Shown one piece after another: positions 54,955 to 64,000 of a stretch of 64,000 bases of DNA. The DNA is taken from assembly GCA_039208735.1 (NCBI GenBank), contig JBCCQY010000005.1, forward strand, positions 1 through 64,000. The letters run 5' to 3'. How positions within the stretch are numbered: position 1 is the first letter of the stretch; each line of letters begins with the position of its first letter. Origin of the DNA: Myxococcota bacterium (GTDB lineage: Bacteria > Myxococcota_A > UBA796 > GCA-2862545). The position numbers were made by a program, and so were the translations under genes. The notes under the pieces are model-generated. The model had not been told where the DNA came from and ran no database searches. It was given only the letters and a program-made list of their open reading frames with translations.

Positions 54955-57114
54955 TCAACGAGAGTCCCAGGTGGCGATGAGGTTGCCGCGATGGGCCTCG
55001 ACGAGGAAGCGCAGGAGCGAGACCCGATCGTGACGACGGTCGCGGTCGTCCAGAGCGTCCCAGTGCACCATGCTCTCCCGCAACCGGCGCACGTCGTCCC
55101 GAAGTCCGAAGCGCCAGCCCTTGAGTAAGCGTTCGCCCATCCAGCGATTGTGCTCCATCTTCGCAGGCAGATCGGGATCGTGGCCTCGATCCTTCAGCTC
55201 CCCTTGGATGCGTTGAATGGCCGCATCGAGGATGTCGAACACGACCGTGTCACCGTCCAAAGATACGGACTCCTCGGCAACATGGCCGTGCAGCACGAGG
55301 CGTTCCCGAACGTCCGGGTCGAGGCCCGTGAGCATCTGCCGCGTGACGCCCTTCGGATGCCGGCGGACAAGCTTCGCCACCGCGGTGTCGACGGTGCGCG
55401 TAAACAAGGGTTCGAGGACCGGTGTGGCGCCCTTGGGGGCCGGTTCGGACTTGGGCCGCAAGGTGATGCCGACCGCGGCACATTTCACGGCCGCGTGCAG
55501 CGCAGCATCAAGGTTGGACGTCGAAAAATCGAGGTGGTCATGGGCCGCGCGAAGGGGGGACAGCAACCGGTAGAGGGCCTGTGAACGGGTGGCGTGCTGC
55601 TGCTCAGCCGTCTCGGCAACGTGCTGGTAGGACGCAACCTCGTCGCGAATCCCAAACACCCGTACGGGAAAGTCCTGGTCACGCGTTTGGTGTTGGGGCG
55701 TCAGCCACGATGCCGCATCGGTCTGCTGGAGTACGGCGGCGAGGCCGCGTTCGGGCAGATGTACATAGACAGGAACCGGGCCCGGCTGCTCCGCTGCCGG
55801 TCGCTCGGCTCGCGCCGCAGCCAGCGCATGTTGGATGCGTAATGCCGCTTCGAAGCTGGCCCGATCCTCTTCCAAACACACCACGACGGCCATGCGCACC
55901 GGCGTCACATCATCGAGCGGTGCCGCACGTTCCAAAATCTTGTCGGAGAGCGACTGGGCGGCGAGGTCCCCCGGAAGCTGGAGAACCTCGGCGTGCACGG
56001 CGTACTCGACGGCTTGGTCGGCGTCGACTTGCTGACGCGGAGCCTCGGGACGACCTACGTAATTGTCCCACACGTCGCTACCCGTCGATCGGAGCTCGGG
56101 GCTGCCCAGATCGAGCCGGGAGGGGGAATAGGCGGGGTATTGTTCCAAGAAGGCCTTGAACGCCGATTCATCGTCGTCGATGACCGTGAGCCGGGGGCGA
56201 CACAGCGACGCAAAGTGGGCGAACCGGGCAAGGTGGCGGGCCACCGTGCGACCCATGAAGCCAAATCCCACCACCACGAGGTGGAACGGTTGTTGGCCCA
56301 ACGGCCGAAGCGCCTCGTCGGCCACAAGCCCGCGGTCGCCGAAGAACAGGTCTCGCGCCGCGAGTTCTTGGTAGGAAAACGGCACCAAGCGTACGTGCTT
56401 GGATTCGTACGACCAGATCTGCTGCCATCCGAGCGTTTCCGCGAACTTCGGATCGGTGATGTGGACGTAGCAGCGCAGGGCATCCCCACGGCGTCGCCAC
56501 TTCTGGGAGGCCTCGAGTAGGTTGCCCGCGAGTTCGACGTTCAGGGCATCGTCACCGGTGGCCACGAAGACTTCGCGGGCGCGGGCGAGGGGCACGCGGT
56601 CGCGCGTGCGAGGGTCGGTGGCATCGCCGATGACCATGAGGATGCCCATGCGCCGGGCTTCCGCGACCAAGGGGCTTTGCTCGTCGGTGGCAATCGCAAA
56701 GACGGGACGTCCCGCCGAGCGCAGGGTGGAGGAGATCGGAGCGCCGATCCAGCCGAGTCCAAGCAAGATGGCGGGGGGGCGCCCGCGGAGTTCCATCATG
56801 GCGCGCATGAGCGTGATGCGCAGGAGTCCTTCGAGTTCGACGGCCACCGCAAGTCCCGTCGATACGGAGAACGCGGCCGCCCCCATGCGAGCCCATGCCC
56901 AGAGGAAGTAGGGGTCCGCCAGGCCATCGGGTTGCTCGAACGCAAGCACGGCTACCGAATAGAAGGCCAGCCGAGCGAAACCTTCAACGGTAAGGGACAT
57001 GCCGAACGAAGGCGTATGCCAAAGCGCGTATGCGGCGATCGCCACCGTGGCGACGGCGCTAAACACGGCGAATAGCAGAGGAAGCTGGGTTCTACGGGTG
57101 TCGTAGGGTTTCAT
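54955..57114 (-). CDS. Membrane protein with TrkA-N NAD-binding domains and C-terminal RyR domain
   Basis: N-terminal TM/pore-like helices; LLGLGWIG, GDATDP, ATGDDALN, VVGFGFMG; AKMEHNRWMGERLLKGW.FG.RDD......VHWD.L. Confidence 0.8.
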   Translation of the reverse strand: MKPYDTRRTQLPLLFAVFSAVATVAIAAYALWHTPSFGMSLTVEGFARLAFYSVAVLAFEQPDGLADPYFLWAWARMGAAAFSVSTGLAVAVELEGLLRITLMRAMMELRGRPPAILLGLGWIGAPISSTLRSAGRPVFAIATDEQSPLVAEARRMGILMVIGDATDPRTRDRVPLARAREVFVATGDDALNVELAGNLLEASQKWRRRGDALRCYVHITDPKFAETLGWQQIWSYESKHVRLVPFSYQELAARDLFFGDRGLVADEALRPLGQQPFHLVVVGFGFMGRTVARHLARFAHFASLCRPRLTVIDDDESAFKAFLEQYPAYSPSRLDLGSPELRSTGSDVWDNYVGRPEAPRQQVDADQAVEYAVHAEVLQLPGDLAAQSLSDKILERAAPLDDVTPVRMAVVVCLEEDRASFEAALRIQHALAAARAERPAAEQPGPVPVYVHLPERGLAAVLQQTDAASWLTPQHQTRDQDFPVRVFGIRDEVASYQHVAETAEQQHATRSQALYRLLSPLRAAHDHLDFSTSNLDAALHAAVKCAAVGITLRPKSEPAPKGATPVLEPLFTRTVDTAVAKLVRRHPKGVTRQMLTGLDPDVRERLVLHGHVAEESVSLDGDTVVFDILDAAIQRIQGELKDRGHDPDLPAKMEHNRWMGERLLKGWRFGLRDDVRRLRESMVHWDALDDRDRRHDRVSLLRFLVEAHRGNLIATWDSR

Positions 57115-57170
57115 GGCGGCCTCGCGAGCGGGGCCCGACTATCGCACGGGTCTGGTGCCCTCACCTCAGG

Positions 57171-59822
57171 ATGAACATGGAGCCGACCAACACCTTCTTC
57201 GTGGCCCACGCGTTGCTGGACGAGGCTTGGGCCAACGCACTCGGTGATGCCCTAGAACCCGAATCCTGCACCTTCGATACTCCCGGTGAAAGCCTGGTTC
57301 AGGTGCTGCTGCTCTCCCGGCAGGTGCCGGGGTCGTTCTATGTGCAACCGGTCATTGCCCGAGCCGTGGCGGCGCTGCGGAAGGGCAGTCGTCACGCCGT
57401 GCCAGTCTGGATCGACGGCCTCCCGAAACAGCCGGATGAGGCCCCCTACGGCCTGTCCACCCTCCATGCGTTGGACGGCGACGCGTTGGGCCCCAACGGC
57501 GTTGCGTCGCGATTGCGTGAACACGTGACGATCTTGCGGCAAGAGGGCCAGGGGCATCGCCCGAGTGCGATCGACTTGTCCGTCGTGGATGGGCCATGGA
57601 GCGCGCGGCTGGGGTTGGCGCGCGGCTTGACCTTCGAGACGCTCGAAGCCACCGCGCGGAGCCTGCAGGCCCCGGTGAGCCACTTCCGTTCCGAGCGCGG
57701 CGCCTTCGCACTGGATTTGGTGCTGTGGGCGATGCACGACGGGGCCGTGCCGGCCGATGACCTCGAAGCGGCCTTGCGCGATGCGCTTGAGTCCGAGCTG
57801 CGAGACTCGCGGGTTGCGCTGTCGGTGGGGTTTGCGGTGGCCCTCGACAAGCTCGATGCGCATGCGCGGGAGCAGGTGCTGCATGCGCTGCCCTCCATCG
57901 TGCGGCGCTTCCCGAGCCTTCGCGAGCAGAACCTTGGCGATCCGCAGGGATTCTTGTGCCTCGAAGTGAACCACGGGGCCCACGGCGTGGTCGCCATCCG
58001 CCACGAACAGCAGCTTCACCTTGCGCACGTCGAGGAGTACACCGCAGCCCTGGCCTGGGCGCGGACTCACCGGGTAGCGGCGGGGGCGGTGCTCGCGATC
58101 GATGAGGATGCGCCGGTGCCGGTTGGCGGGCCGGATGCGGCGGACCTCGAGGAGATCGAGCCGCCGGGACCGCTTGCCCACTTCAGCCGCAGCAAGTTCG
58201 TCCGGCTCGGGCTGCCCGACCCATGGGCGCGGGAGATGGGCGCCCTCGATGAGGACCAGATCCATGCCCTGAGCAGCGTGTTGCGGCCCCACGTTCACGA
58301 TGCGCTTTACGGGCTGGCGACGGGTGAGCCCTACGAGACCGTGATTCAGCGATTCGACGAGGCGTCGTCAGAACATTCCCCGGCCCAGGCATGGCCTGGC
58401 ACGCCGGCATCCGAGATCCGGCGGGCCATGCAGCGCGGGGATTGGTCGGTCTACTTGCATCCCTCGCAGGTTCGTCTCATTCGGCGCGACGCGCGGGGGG
58501 CCATGAAGATCACTGGCGGACCGGGCACCGGCAAGACGGTGGTGGCGGTCCATCGAGCCCGCTTTTTGGCGGAGGGGCCATTCGCGGCGACCCGGGCGCC
58601 GATCCTGCTTACTACCCCGGTGAGCCACCTGGCTGGGCCCCTACAGCAGATGGTCGACCGGGCTTGCGCAGATCGGCCCGAAGTCGCTTCCCGCATCGTG
58701 GTTCGGTCGGTGCAGGGGTTGGCTCAGGCCATCGTGGCCAAACATCCCCAGCCGAGGCGCTTGGCCGATGCCGCAACCCTCGGCGAACTCTGGGCGCAGG
58801 CCATGGGGCCCTCCGACCTGCCTTGGAGCAAGGACGAGCTGGCTCAGGAGCGCATCGACGTCCTCGATCGCAACGATGCGTGGACGTGGGAGGCCTACCG
58901 CGATGCCCGTCGAGAAGGTCGCCGGCGTCGCTTGGGCGCCCGGCAACGCGAAGCGGTGTGGCGCGTGCTCGAGGCGTTCGAGGGGGCCATGGCGGAGCGA
59001 GGGGTCGCCGATCCGGTCACGATGGCGCGGTTGGCACTGGGCCACCTTCGGACCGATCCGTCGGTGGTGCGGTTTGCCGCCATCGTGTGTGACGAAGTGC
59101 AGGATGCATCCAGCGCGGAGCTGCGCTTGCTCGCAGCGTTGGCGAGCGATCCGGCTCACCCCACCATTCGCGCCAATGGCCTCACCCTATGCGGCGACGG
59201 ATTTCAGCGGTTGTTTGCCAGTCCGGTGGTGCTTTCGCGGTGTGGCATCGAAGTGCGCGGACGCAGTCATCGCCTGCAGGTCAGCTACCGCACGACCGAA
59301 GGCATTCGCCGGGCGGCGGTGGCCCAGGTGGCCCAGATTCCACCCGATCCGTTCGATCGTGTCTCGGACGACGATGACACGCCTCTCGAAGGGTTCCGGA
59401 GCTTGCTCGCGGGACGTCCGCCGCAGCGGCGCTGGTTCCGTACTGACGCCGAGGAACTCGGGTTCATTCGGGATCGTTGGTTGGACGGCGAAGGCGGCCT
59501 TTTGGTGTTGACGCGGACCGAGGCGGATCGAGACCGGTTGGTCGAAGGACTGCGGGGCCTCGAAGACGGGACCGAACCGGTGATGCTCGATGCAAGGACC
59601 GCCAAAGAGCCCGACCCTCGCGGGCTTACCGTGTGCACGATCGCCCGTGCCAAAGGCCTTGAGGCGCCCCGGGTGGTGATCGCGGCCGCTCAACATCTCG
59701 CCGCGTTCACCGACGGGCCCGACTACGCCTCCGCCTACGAGTGTCGTCTTGCCTACACTGCGATGACGCGCGGCCGGGACTGGTTGGCCGTCACTGGAGT
59801 GCGAACCGAATCGAACCGGTGA
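57171..59822 (+). CDS. SF1 UvrD-like helicase with N-terminal TIR-like and degenerate RelE-like domains
   Basis: TFFVAHA..DEAWA..L (TIR beta-A/alpha-A), VPVWIDG; W.VYLHPSQ, GGPGTGKT, DEVQD, GDGFQR, SYRTT, AKGLE, YTAMTRGR. Confidence 0.8.
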   Translation: MNMEPTNTFFVAHALLDEAWANALGDALEPESCTFDTPGESLVQVLLLSRQVPGSFYVQPVIARAVAALRKGSRHAVPVWIDGLPKQPDEAPYGLSTLHALDGDALGPNGVASRLREHVTILRQEGQGHRPSAIDLSVVDGPWSARLGLARGLTFETLEATARSLQAPVSHFRSERGAFALDLVLWAMHDGAVPADDLEAALRDALESELRDSRVALSVGFAVALDKLDAHAREQVLHALPSIVRRFPSLREQNLGDPQGFLCLEVNHGAHGVVAIRHEQQLHLAHVEEYTAALAWARTHRVAAGAVLAIDEDAPVPVGGPDAADLEEIEPPGPLAHFSRSKFVRLGLPDPWAREMGALDEDQIHALSSVLRPHVHDALYGLATGEPYETVIQRFDEASSEHSPAQAWPGTPASEIRRAMQRGDWSVYLHPSQVRLIRRDARGAMKITGGPGTGKTVVAVHRARFLAEGPFAATRAPILLTTPVSHLAGPLQQMVDRACADRPEVASRIVVRSVQGLAQAIVAKHPQPRRLADAATLGELWAQAMGPSDLPWSKDELAQERIDVLDRNDAWTWEAYRDARREGRRRRLGARQREAVWRVLEAFEGAMAERGVADPVTMARLALGHLRTDPSVVRFAAIVCDEVQDASSAELRLLAALASDPAHPTIRANGLTLCGDGFQRLFASPVVLSRCGIEVRGRSHRLQVSYRTTEGIRRAAVAQVAQIPPDPFDRVSDDDDTPLEGFRSLLAGRPPQRRWFRTDAEELGFIRDRWLDGEGGLLVLTRTEADRDRLVEGLRGLEDGTEPVMLDARTAKEPDPRGLTVCTIARAKGLEAPRVVIAAAQHLAAFTDGPDYASAYECRLAYTAMTRGRDWLAVTGVRTESNR

Positions 59823-59856
59823 AGGTCGAACGACTTTCGTGGCATACTCGCGACCC

Positions 59857-60444
59857 ATGGACCAGTGGGCCCCCTCGCATTCCCCTCCGCCCCGCGTCAT
59901 GCTGATCGTGGGTGCGTTGGCGTCGTTGTTGGGGGCGCTGTCGATGATGGGTCCACCGACGGTGGCGGAGTCGTCGGCGCGGAGTTCGACGACCCTGTTT
60001 GGCGCCGCGTTCGTCGCGCAGCCGCGAGCCCTTGGTTCAATCCGTTCCGTCGAGGCGCCCGACGACCCCGAGCCCTCGGATGGGATCGACACCGGCGCAC
60101 CGCCGATTCGGTTCGACCCGACGCCGCCCGATGTCGTGCTTGTGGCCACCTCGGTGAGTCCGAATCCCAGGCTCCATACGGTGGCCCTTCGCCGACGCGA
60201 TGCGGCGGTCTCCAAGTTCCTCAACCTTGGCGATCGGGTGGATGGCTACGTCGTCAAGGTCATCGACCGCCGCGAAGTGACGTTGGAAGCACCCGATGGC
60301 ACAGGGTGGATCTACAGCTTGTCGTTCTACCCCGACGATGTACCCGAGCCCCGAAGAGTGGGAGAGCCCGAACCGCCTCCTCGCGAACGGGGGGTCTCCG
60401 AAGAGGCAGAGCCGTCTGCCGAAACCGGCGACACCGGGCTTTGA
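59857..60444 (+). CDS. Hypothetical protein with GspC/PilP-like beta domain
   Basis: N-terminal hydrophobic segment; LVATS...VAL...LNLGDRVDGYVVKVIDRREVTL. Confidence 0.5.
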   Translation: MDQWAPSHSPPPRVMLIVGALASLLGALSMMGPPTVAESSARSSTTLFGAAFVAQPRALGSIRSVEAPDDPEPSDGIDTGAPPIRFDPTPPDVVLVATSVSPNPRLHTVALRRRDAAVSKFLNLGDRVDGYVVKVIDRREVTLEAPDGTGWIYSLSFYPDDVPEPRRVGEPEPPPRERGVSEEAEPSAETGDTGL

Positions 60445-60481
60445 GCCTCAGGTGCGTGAAATCACCTGACGGCGCATGACC

Positions 60482-60916
60482 TTACATCGTGGCTTGCCAC
60501 GCCCGCAGCTGCGGCAGCATCGGCCACAGGTTGATGGCGAGGGCCATGAAAAACAGGGGCAGGTGGAACGGCAGCAGCGTCACCGAAAAGAACGTCATCA
60601 GCCAAGGCGAGACATCGCCTGTGTAGGGCTGGATGTTCATGGTGTAGCGCTCATCGGTCTGCCCCTTGCGTACCGCGTCATAGAGCTTGCGAAACAAACG
60701 CTCCTGACGCAGGTAGTAGGCGTCGAGACCCCAGAACAACAACGTGATGAGCAGGGTCAGCCAGCCAAGGAAGGGCTGAGCGTCAGCCTGAATGCTGGAA
60801 GCGCCGGCGATGAGCGCGGACAAAATTGCGATCGACCAACTCTTTAGGCTGAACGAGTTGTTGGCGAGCCGACCGACCACACTCTGGATGAGTTCCAGAT
60901 GTTTATCGAGGGACAT
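60482..60916 (-). CDS. Small 3-TM membrane protein (HLE.IQ..V.RLA.NSF.LK.W family)
   Basis: KHLELIQSVVGRLANNSFSLKSWS, FWGLDAYYLRQERLFRKLYDAVR; three hydrophobic segments. Confidence 0.75.
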   Translation of the reverse strand: MSLDKHLELIQSVVGRLANNSFSLKSWSIAILSALIAGASSIQADAQPFLGWLTLLITLLFWGLDAYYLRQERLFRKLYDAVRKGQTDERYTMNIQPYTGDVSPWLMTFFSVTLLPFHLPLFFMALAINLWPMLPQLRAWQATM

Positions 60917-60959
60917 GGGGCGTCCGGAGGGAGAAGGAGGGACGCCCTGCGTAACGCGA

Positions 60960-61928
60960 TCAGCAACATCCGCCGCCGTTGTAGTGCCAGGTCGACTCGG
61001 TCACCACGAGGTCGTCGCGGCCCAAGGCCGCGAGCGCACCGGCGGTCTTGTCGCATACCGGCGCGGGCACGTCTTGGCGCAGCTCGTGGCCTTTGCCGTC
61101 GTCGAACCAGGGGTGGGCGCCAAAGTAGATCGCGGTCTTGCCGGTGAAGATGCAAGGCCCATCTTCGGGGATGGGGTGCTTGTAGGCCACGACTTCGACC
61201 GACTCGAGCAGGATCGACGTCTCAAGTCCAAACCGGGCCTTGTCGAGGAGGCGGTAGGGGCGGCGACCTCGGATCTCGATGGTGCCAAAGCCCGCCTTTA
61301 CGATGCGGTCTAGGTAGTTCTCGAGGGTCAACGAGCCCGACAGACACATCGCACGAAGGCGGTCATCGTCGACGAGGTGCCCAGGCAACGGCACCGGCGT
61401 AATCGGATCGGACAGGGACAACGCGCCCTCGGGGGCGAGCACGCGATGCGCCTCGTTGAGCGCCTGCTGTAGCTCGTCTTCGCGGAAGATGTTGAACAAG
61501 CAGTTTTGGGCCACGAGGCCCATGGAGTTGTCCTCGAGGGGCAGATTCAAGGCATCGCCCTGACGCAGATCGATCATGGCTTCGGTGAGCCACGGGTTCT
61601 GCTCCCGTGCGGTGGCCAGGTTGCGCTGGCACACCTCGATCATCTCGGGGACCGGGTCGACGCCCACGACGCCCTGGGGGCGCCGCGCAAGCGAGGCAAA
61701 CTGGATCAGCTCGAGTCCCCCGCCGACCCCGATGTAGAGCACCGGAGCGTCATCCGGAATGTCGCGTGGATGGACGGTGGTTCCGCAGCCGTAGTTCATC
61801 TCGACCATGACTTCGGGAATCGTGAGGTCGGGCATGTGCCAGGGCGGCGTCGACACACAACAGAGCTGGTCGTCTGGGGTGAGGGCCGCCGCTGCGTAGA
61901 GATCCTTGGCGGCCTGCAGGTAGGTCAT
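60960..61928 (-). CDS. arsM: Arsenite methyltransferase, arsenosugar-biosynthesis type
   Basis: QLCC, MNYGCGTTV, YIGVGGG.E, AQNCLFNI, RAMCLSG, VCDKTA, C-terminal GGGCC; GAGG before ATG 61928. Confidence 0.85.
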   Translation of the reverse strand: MTYLQAAKDLYAAAALTPDDQLCCVSTPPWHMPDLTIPEVMVEMNYGCGTTVHPRDIPDDAPVLYIGVGGGLELIQFASLARRPQGVVGVDPVPEMIEVCQRNLATAREQNPWLTEAMIDLRQGDALNLPLEDNSMGLVAQNCLFNIFREDELQQALNEAHRVLAPEGALSLSDPITPVPLPGHLVDDDRLRAMCLSGSLTLENYLDRIVKAGFGTIEIRGRRPYRLLDKARFGLETSILLESVEVVAYKHPIPEDGPCIFTGKTAIYFGAHPWFDDGKGHELRQDVPAPVCDKTAGALAALGRDDLVVTESTWHYNGGGCC

Positions 61929-61993
61929 CTTTTCCTCGGGGCGAACACGGTCGTGTAGACGTCTCCGAGGCCTTGGTTTCGTTGCGTTCGCGA

Positions 61994-63385
61994 TCAGGGG
62001 AAGATGCTGCGGAACGTTCCGATGAGATCGCGGTACTCGGGGGTCAGGCGAAGCGCGGCGAGGGGTCGGTCCTCGAGATCGCCCTCGCAAGGCTCATCTT
62101 CTTCGGTCTTTCCGCAATGACTGAAGAAATGCACGGCCGCCACCGCCGGGGTGCCGCGGTGGTAGACATACAGCGGCGATCCGCTGTCACCCGCCGATGC
62201 GTCACAGCTATGGTGCACGATTCTGGACCACCCATCGTTGTCGACCTCCTCGAACTCGCCTACGTCGCACGTCGCCGCATTGCCGTAGAGGTGGTCATCC
62301 TCGCAGGGCGTGGGGTCGTCGATGCGCTCGACGCCATCCGAGACGAAGTCGCAAATGGGGTAGCCGCGGCGGTAGATGTTGGCGTCTTGGAGGTCGGCCG
62401 CTCCATAGGTCACGCGACCCATCCAACCCACTTCGTCGCCCAGTCGAGCGGGGAGCACCAGGATGCCGTAGTCGGAGCCCCAGGTCCGGCTCGCGTTGCG
62501 CCAGGCGGAGGGGGTGTAGTACCAGAGCGCCTGGCCAGCGGGGATGTCGTTGACGTCGATGCGAACCTTGGCCACCTCGCTGGACCCGTTGGCGCCCGCC
62601 CGAACATCGAAACCGCTGTACCAACGGTCGTCCTTGCGGCTCCACAGACAGTGGCCCGCCGTGACCACGTGCCGAGGGCCGACCAGGGTGCCCGTACATC
62701 CGCCGCCCATCTGCACGATGCGGCGGTGGGCGGACAGGGTCACGTCAGCATCGATGCCGTAGATGCGGGTCCGGTCGTCTGCACCATTGCTCCAGGCCTG
62801 GGGGTCGGGGTAGGCCGAACGGGCGTCGTGGTCCTCTTCGGACGGCTCGGTACGGCTGCCCAGATCTCGGCGGTTTTCAATGTCGTACTTGCCGATCGAA
62901 TCGAGGAGCCCTCCTTCGAACGACACCGAGAACTCGTTGCCGGTGGCGCCATTGAACGCGGCGATGCTGTTGAGCAGATGATCTTCGATGGCGACCGGGC
63001 CGTCATGCGGCTTGGGCTCAATCTCGCCGCTATCTCCCTTGCCAAGGTAGCTAAGGACGATCCGATGGTCGGCGTCGTCGCGAAGGGGGACGATGCCGTC
63101 CAAGGCACCCAAGATCAGGGTCCGGGCGTCCTCGATGACCGTTGGATCATCCCGGCCATCGAACAGGTCGACCACAAGATGGCCATCGTCGGCCAGCTCG
63201 GTGATGCGCGGGTCCCCGAGTCGCTCGACGTCCGATGGGTCTGGGGTGCCGGTGTCCTCTGTCGGGGGCGGGGGGGCTGGCAGAGAAGGGGTGTCGCTGG
63301 AGGGCCTTTCGGGCAAGTCGTTGACCGGCAATTCCAGGCAACCAACCAGGGCAAGCGTAAGGGCGAGGGTGGAGGTGCGAATCAT
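61994..63385 (-). CDS. Trypsin-like (V8/glutamyl endopeptidase-type) serine protease lipoprotein
   Basis: Lipobox LVGC; CTGTLVGPRHVVTAGHC, DYGIL, CDASAGDSGSP. Start at ATG 63385. Confidence 0.88.
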   Translation of the reverse strand: MIRTSTLALTLALVGCLELPVNDLPERPSSDTPSLPAPPPPTEDTGTPDPSDVERLGDPRITELADDGHLVVDLFDGRDDPTVIEDARTLILGALDGIVPLRDDADHRIVLSYLGKGDSGEIEPKPHDGPVAIEDHLLNSIAAFNGATGNEFSVSFEGGLLDSIGKYDIENRRDLGSRTEPSEEDHDARSAYPDPQAWSNGADDRTRIYGIDADVTLSAHRRIVQMGGGCTGTLVGPRHVVTAGHCLWSRKDDRWYSGFDVRAGANGSSEVAKVRIDVNDIPAGQALWYYTPSAWRNASRTWGSDYGILVLPARLGDEVGWMGRVTYGAADLQDANIYRRGYPICDFVSDGVERIDDPTPCEDDHLYGNAATCDVGEFEEVDNDGWSRIVHHSCDASAGDSGSPLYVYHRGTPAVAAVHFFSHCGKTEEDEPCEGDLEDRPLAALRLTPEYRDLIGTFRSIFP

Positions 63386-63489
63386 CGTGGGCCTCGTGGG
63401 TTTCACCGAAGCCGAATCGCAAGCCCCGTGCCACGACCGCGCCGTGGCAACGACCTCGTAATGATGGGGGTCGTCGAGCAATGAGCGGA

Positions 63490-63532
63490 GCGCTTGGGAT
63501 GCGCGCGATGAGCGAGCGCGCATCCCAAGCGC
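63490..63532. terminator. Strong intergenic stem-loop
   Basis: 17-bp perfect stem GCGCTTGGGATGCGCGC / GCGCGCATCCCAAGCGC with 9-nt loop, 4 nt after the stop at 63537. Confidence 0.65.
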
Positions 63533-63536
63533 AAGC

Positions 63537-64000
63537 TTACGGGTGGGTGAAGCGAACCACGTTGCCTTGGACCATGCCGCCGTCGAAGCAGCTGTACTCC
63601 AAGAACACGCTCTGGTTGCCCTGAATCCCTGAGGTGGCCGAGGCCCCGTTGTCGATGCCGACCCCGGCCAGGGTGTCGACGTAGCAAATCTCGATGTCGT
63701 TGGAGCCTTCGCGGAGCACCGCGCGCACGTCGATTTGGCCGCCATTGAAGTGCGGAACCTTCCACTGCACTTCGAACTGTTGGTTTGGAGAAACGCCCGA
63801 AGTGCGCGCCCAGACCTGACCGCCCGCGGGGTTGAGGTCGTCCCACCACGCCATGATGCTGCGGCTCTGGGTGTTCACCGGCAGGCATTGGTTGTTGGGG
63901 GGTGAGACCGGCTGTTCGAAGTTCAAGGTGCCGTTCGAACCCACCCACACGCTGCTGTAGTCGATGCCGTAGAAGTCGAAGGCGAAGTTCAGCTGAACTT
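63537..64000 (-). CDS. C-terminal part of a secreted protein with nidogen-like domain (partial)
   Basis: Frame is open to the window end; FAFDFYG..Y..VWVGSNG.L.F, IMAWWDDL.P, FEVQW, SATSGIQ. Confidence 0.7.
   Translation of the reverse strand, partial: VQLNFAFDFYGIDYSSVWVGSNGTLNFEQPVSPPNNQCLPVNTQSRSIMAWWDDLNPAGGQVWARTSGVSPNQQFEVQWKVPHFNGGQIDVRAVLREGSNDIEICYVDTLAGVGIDNGASATSGIQGNQSVFLEYSCFDGGMVQGNVVRFTHP

Overview
High-GC, gene-dense bacterial DNA, most likely from a Myxococcota-type organism (MYXO-CTERM sorting tail, DCDD...DGIDQDCDG repeat protein, several TIGR02996-like proteins, caspase/WD40 proteins). It holds about 50 unlinked accessory genes: secreted hydrolases and lipoproteins, signalling proteins, two LysR regulators, MddA, an arsenosugar-type ArsM, TspO and a threonine aldolase. 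It also holds one frameshifted IS1182-family element inserted at CTAG and two or three pseudogene remnants. No rRNA, tRNA or CRISPR array was found. The most striking signal is missing from the ORF track: a 24-codon leader ORF with seven consecutive Cys codons (48805-48879, minus strand). It is followed by mutually exclusive RNA pairings and a RimK/GshB-like ATP-grasp gene, which looks like a cysteine-sensing ribosome-stalling attenuator. Other candidates are a five-domain membrane HisK-REC-cyclase-Ser/Thr kinase with a divergent phosphatase, a TIR/RelE-like/UvrD fusion near a TrkA-N/RyR protein and a small membrane effector, and a radical SAM/AbiEii/TIGR02996 cluster. All family calls come from motif recognition by eye; no searches were run.
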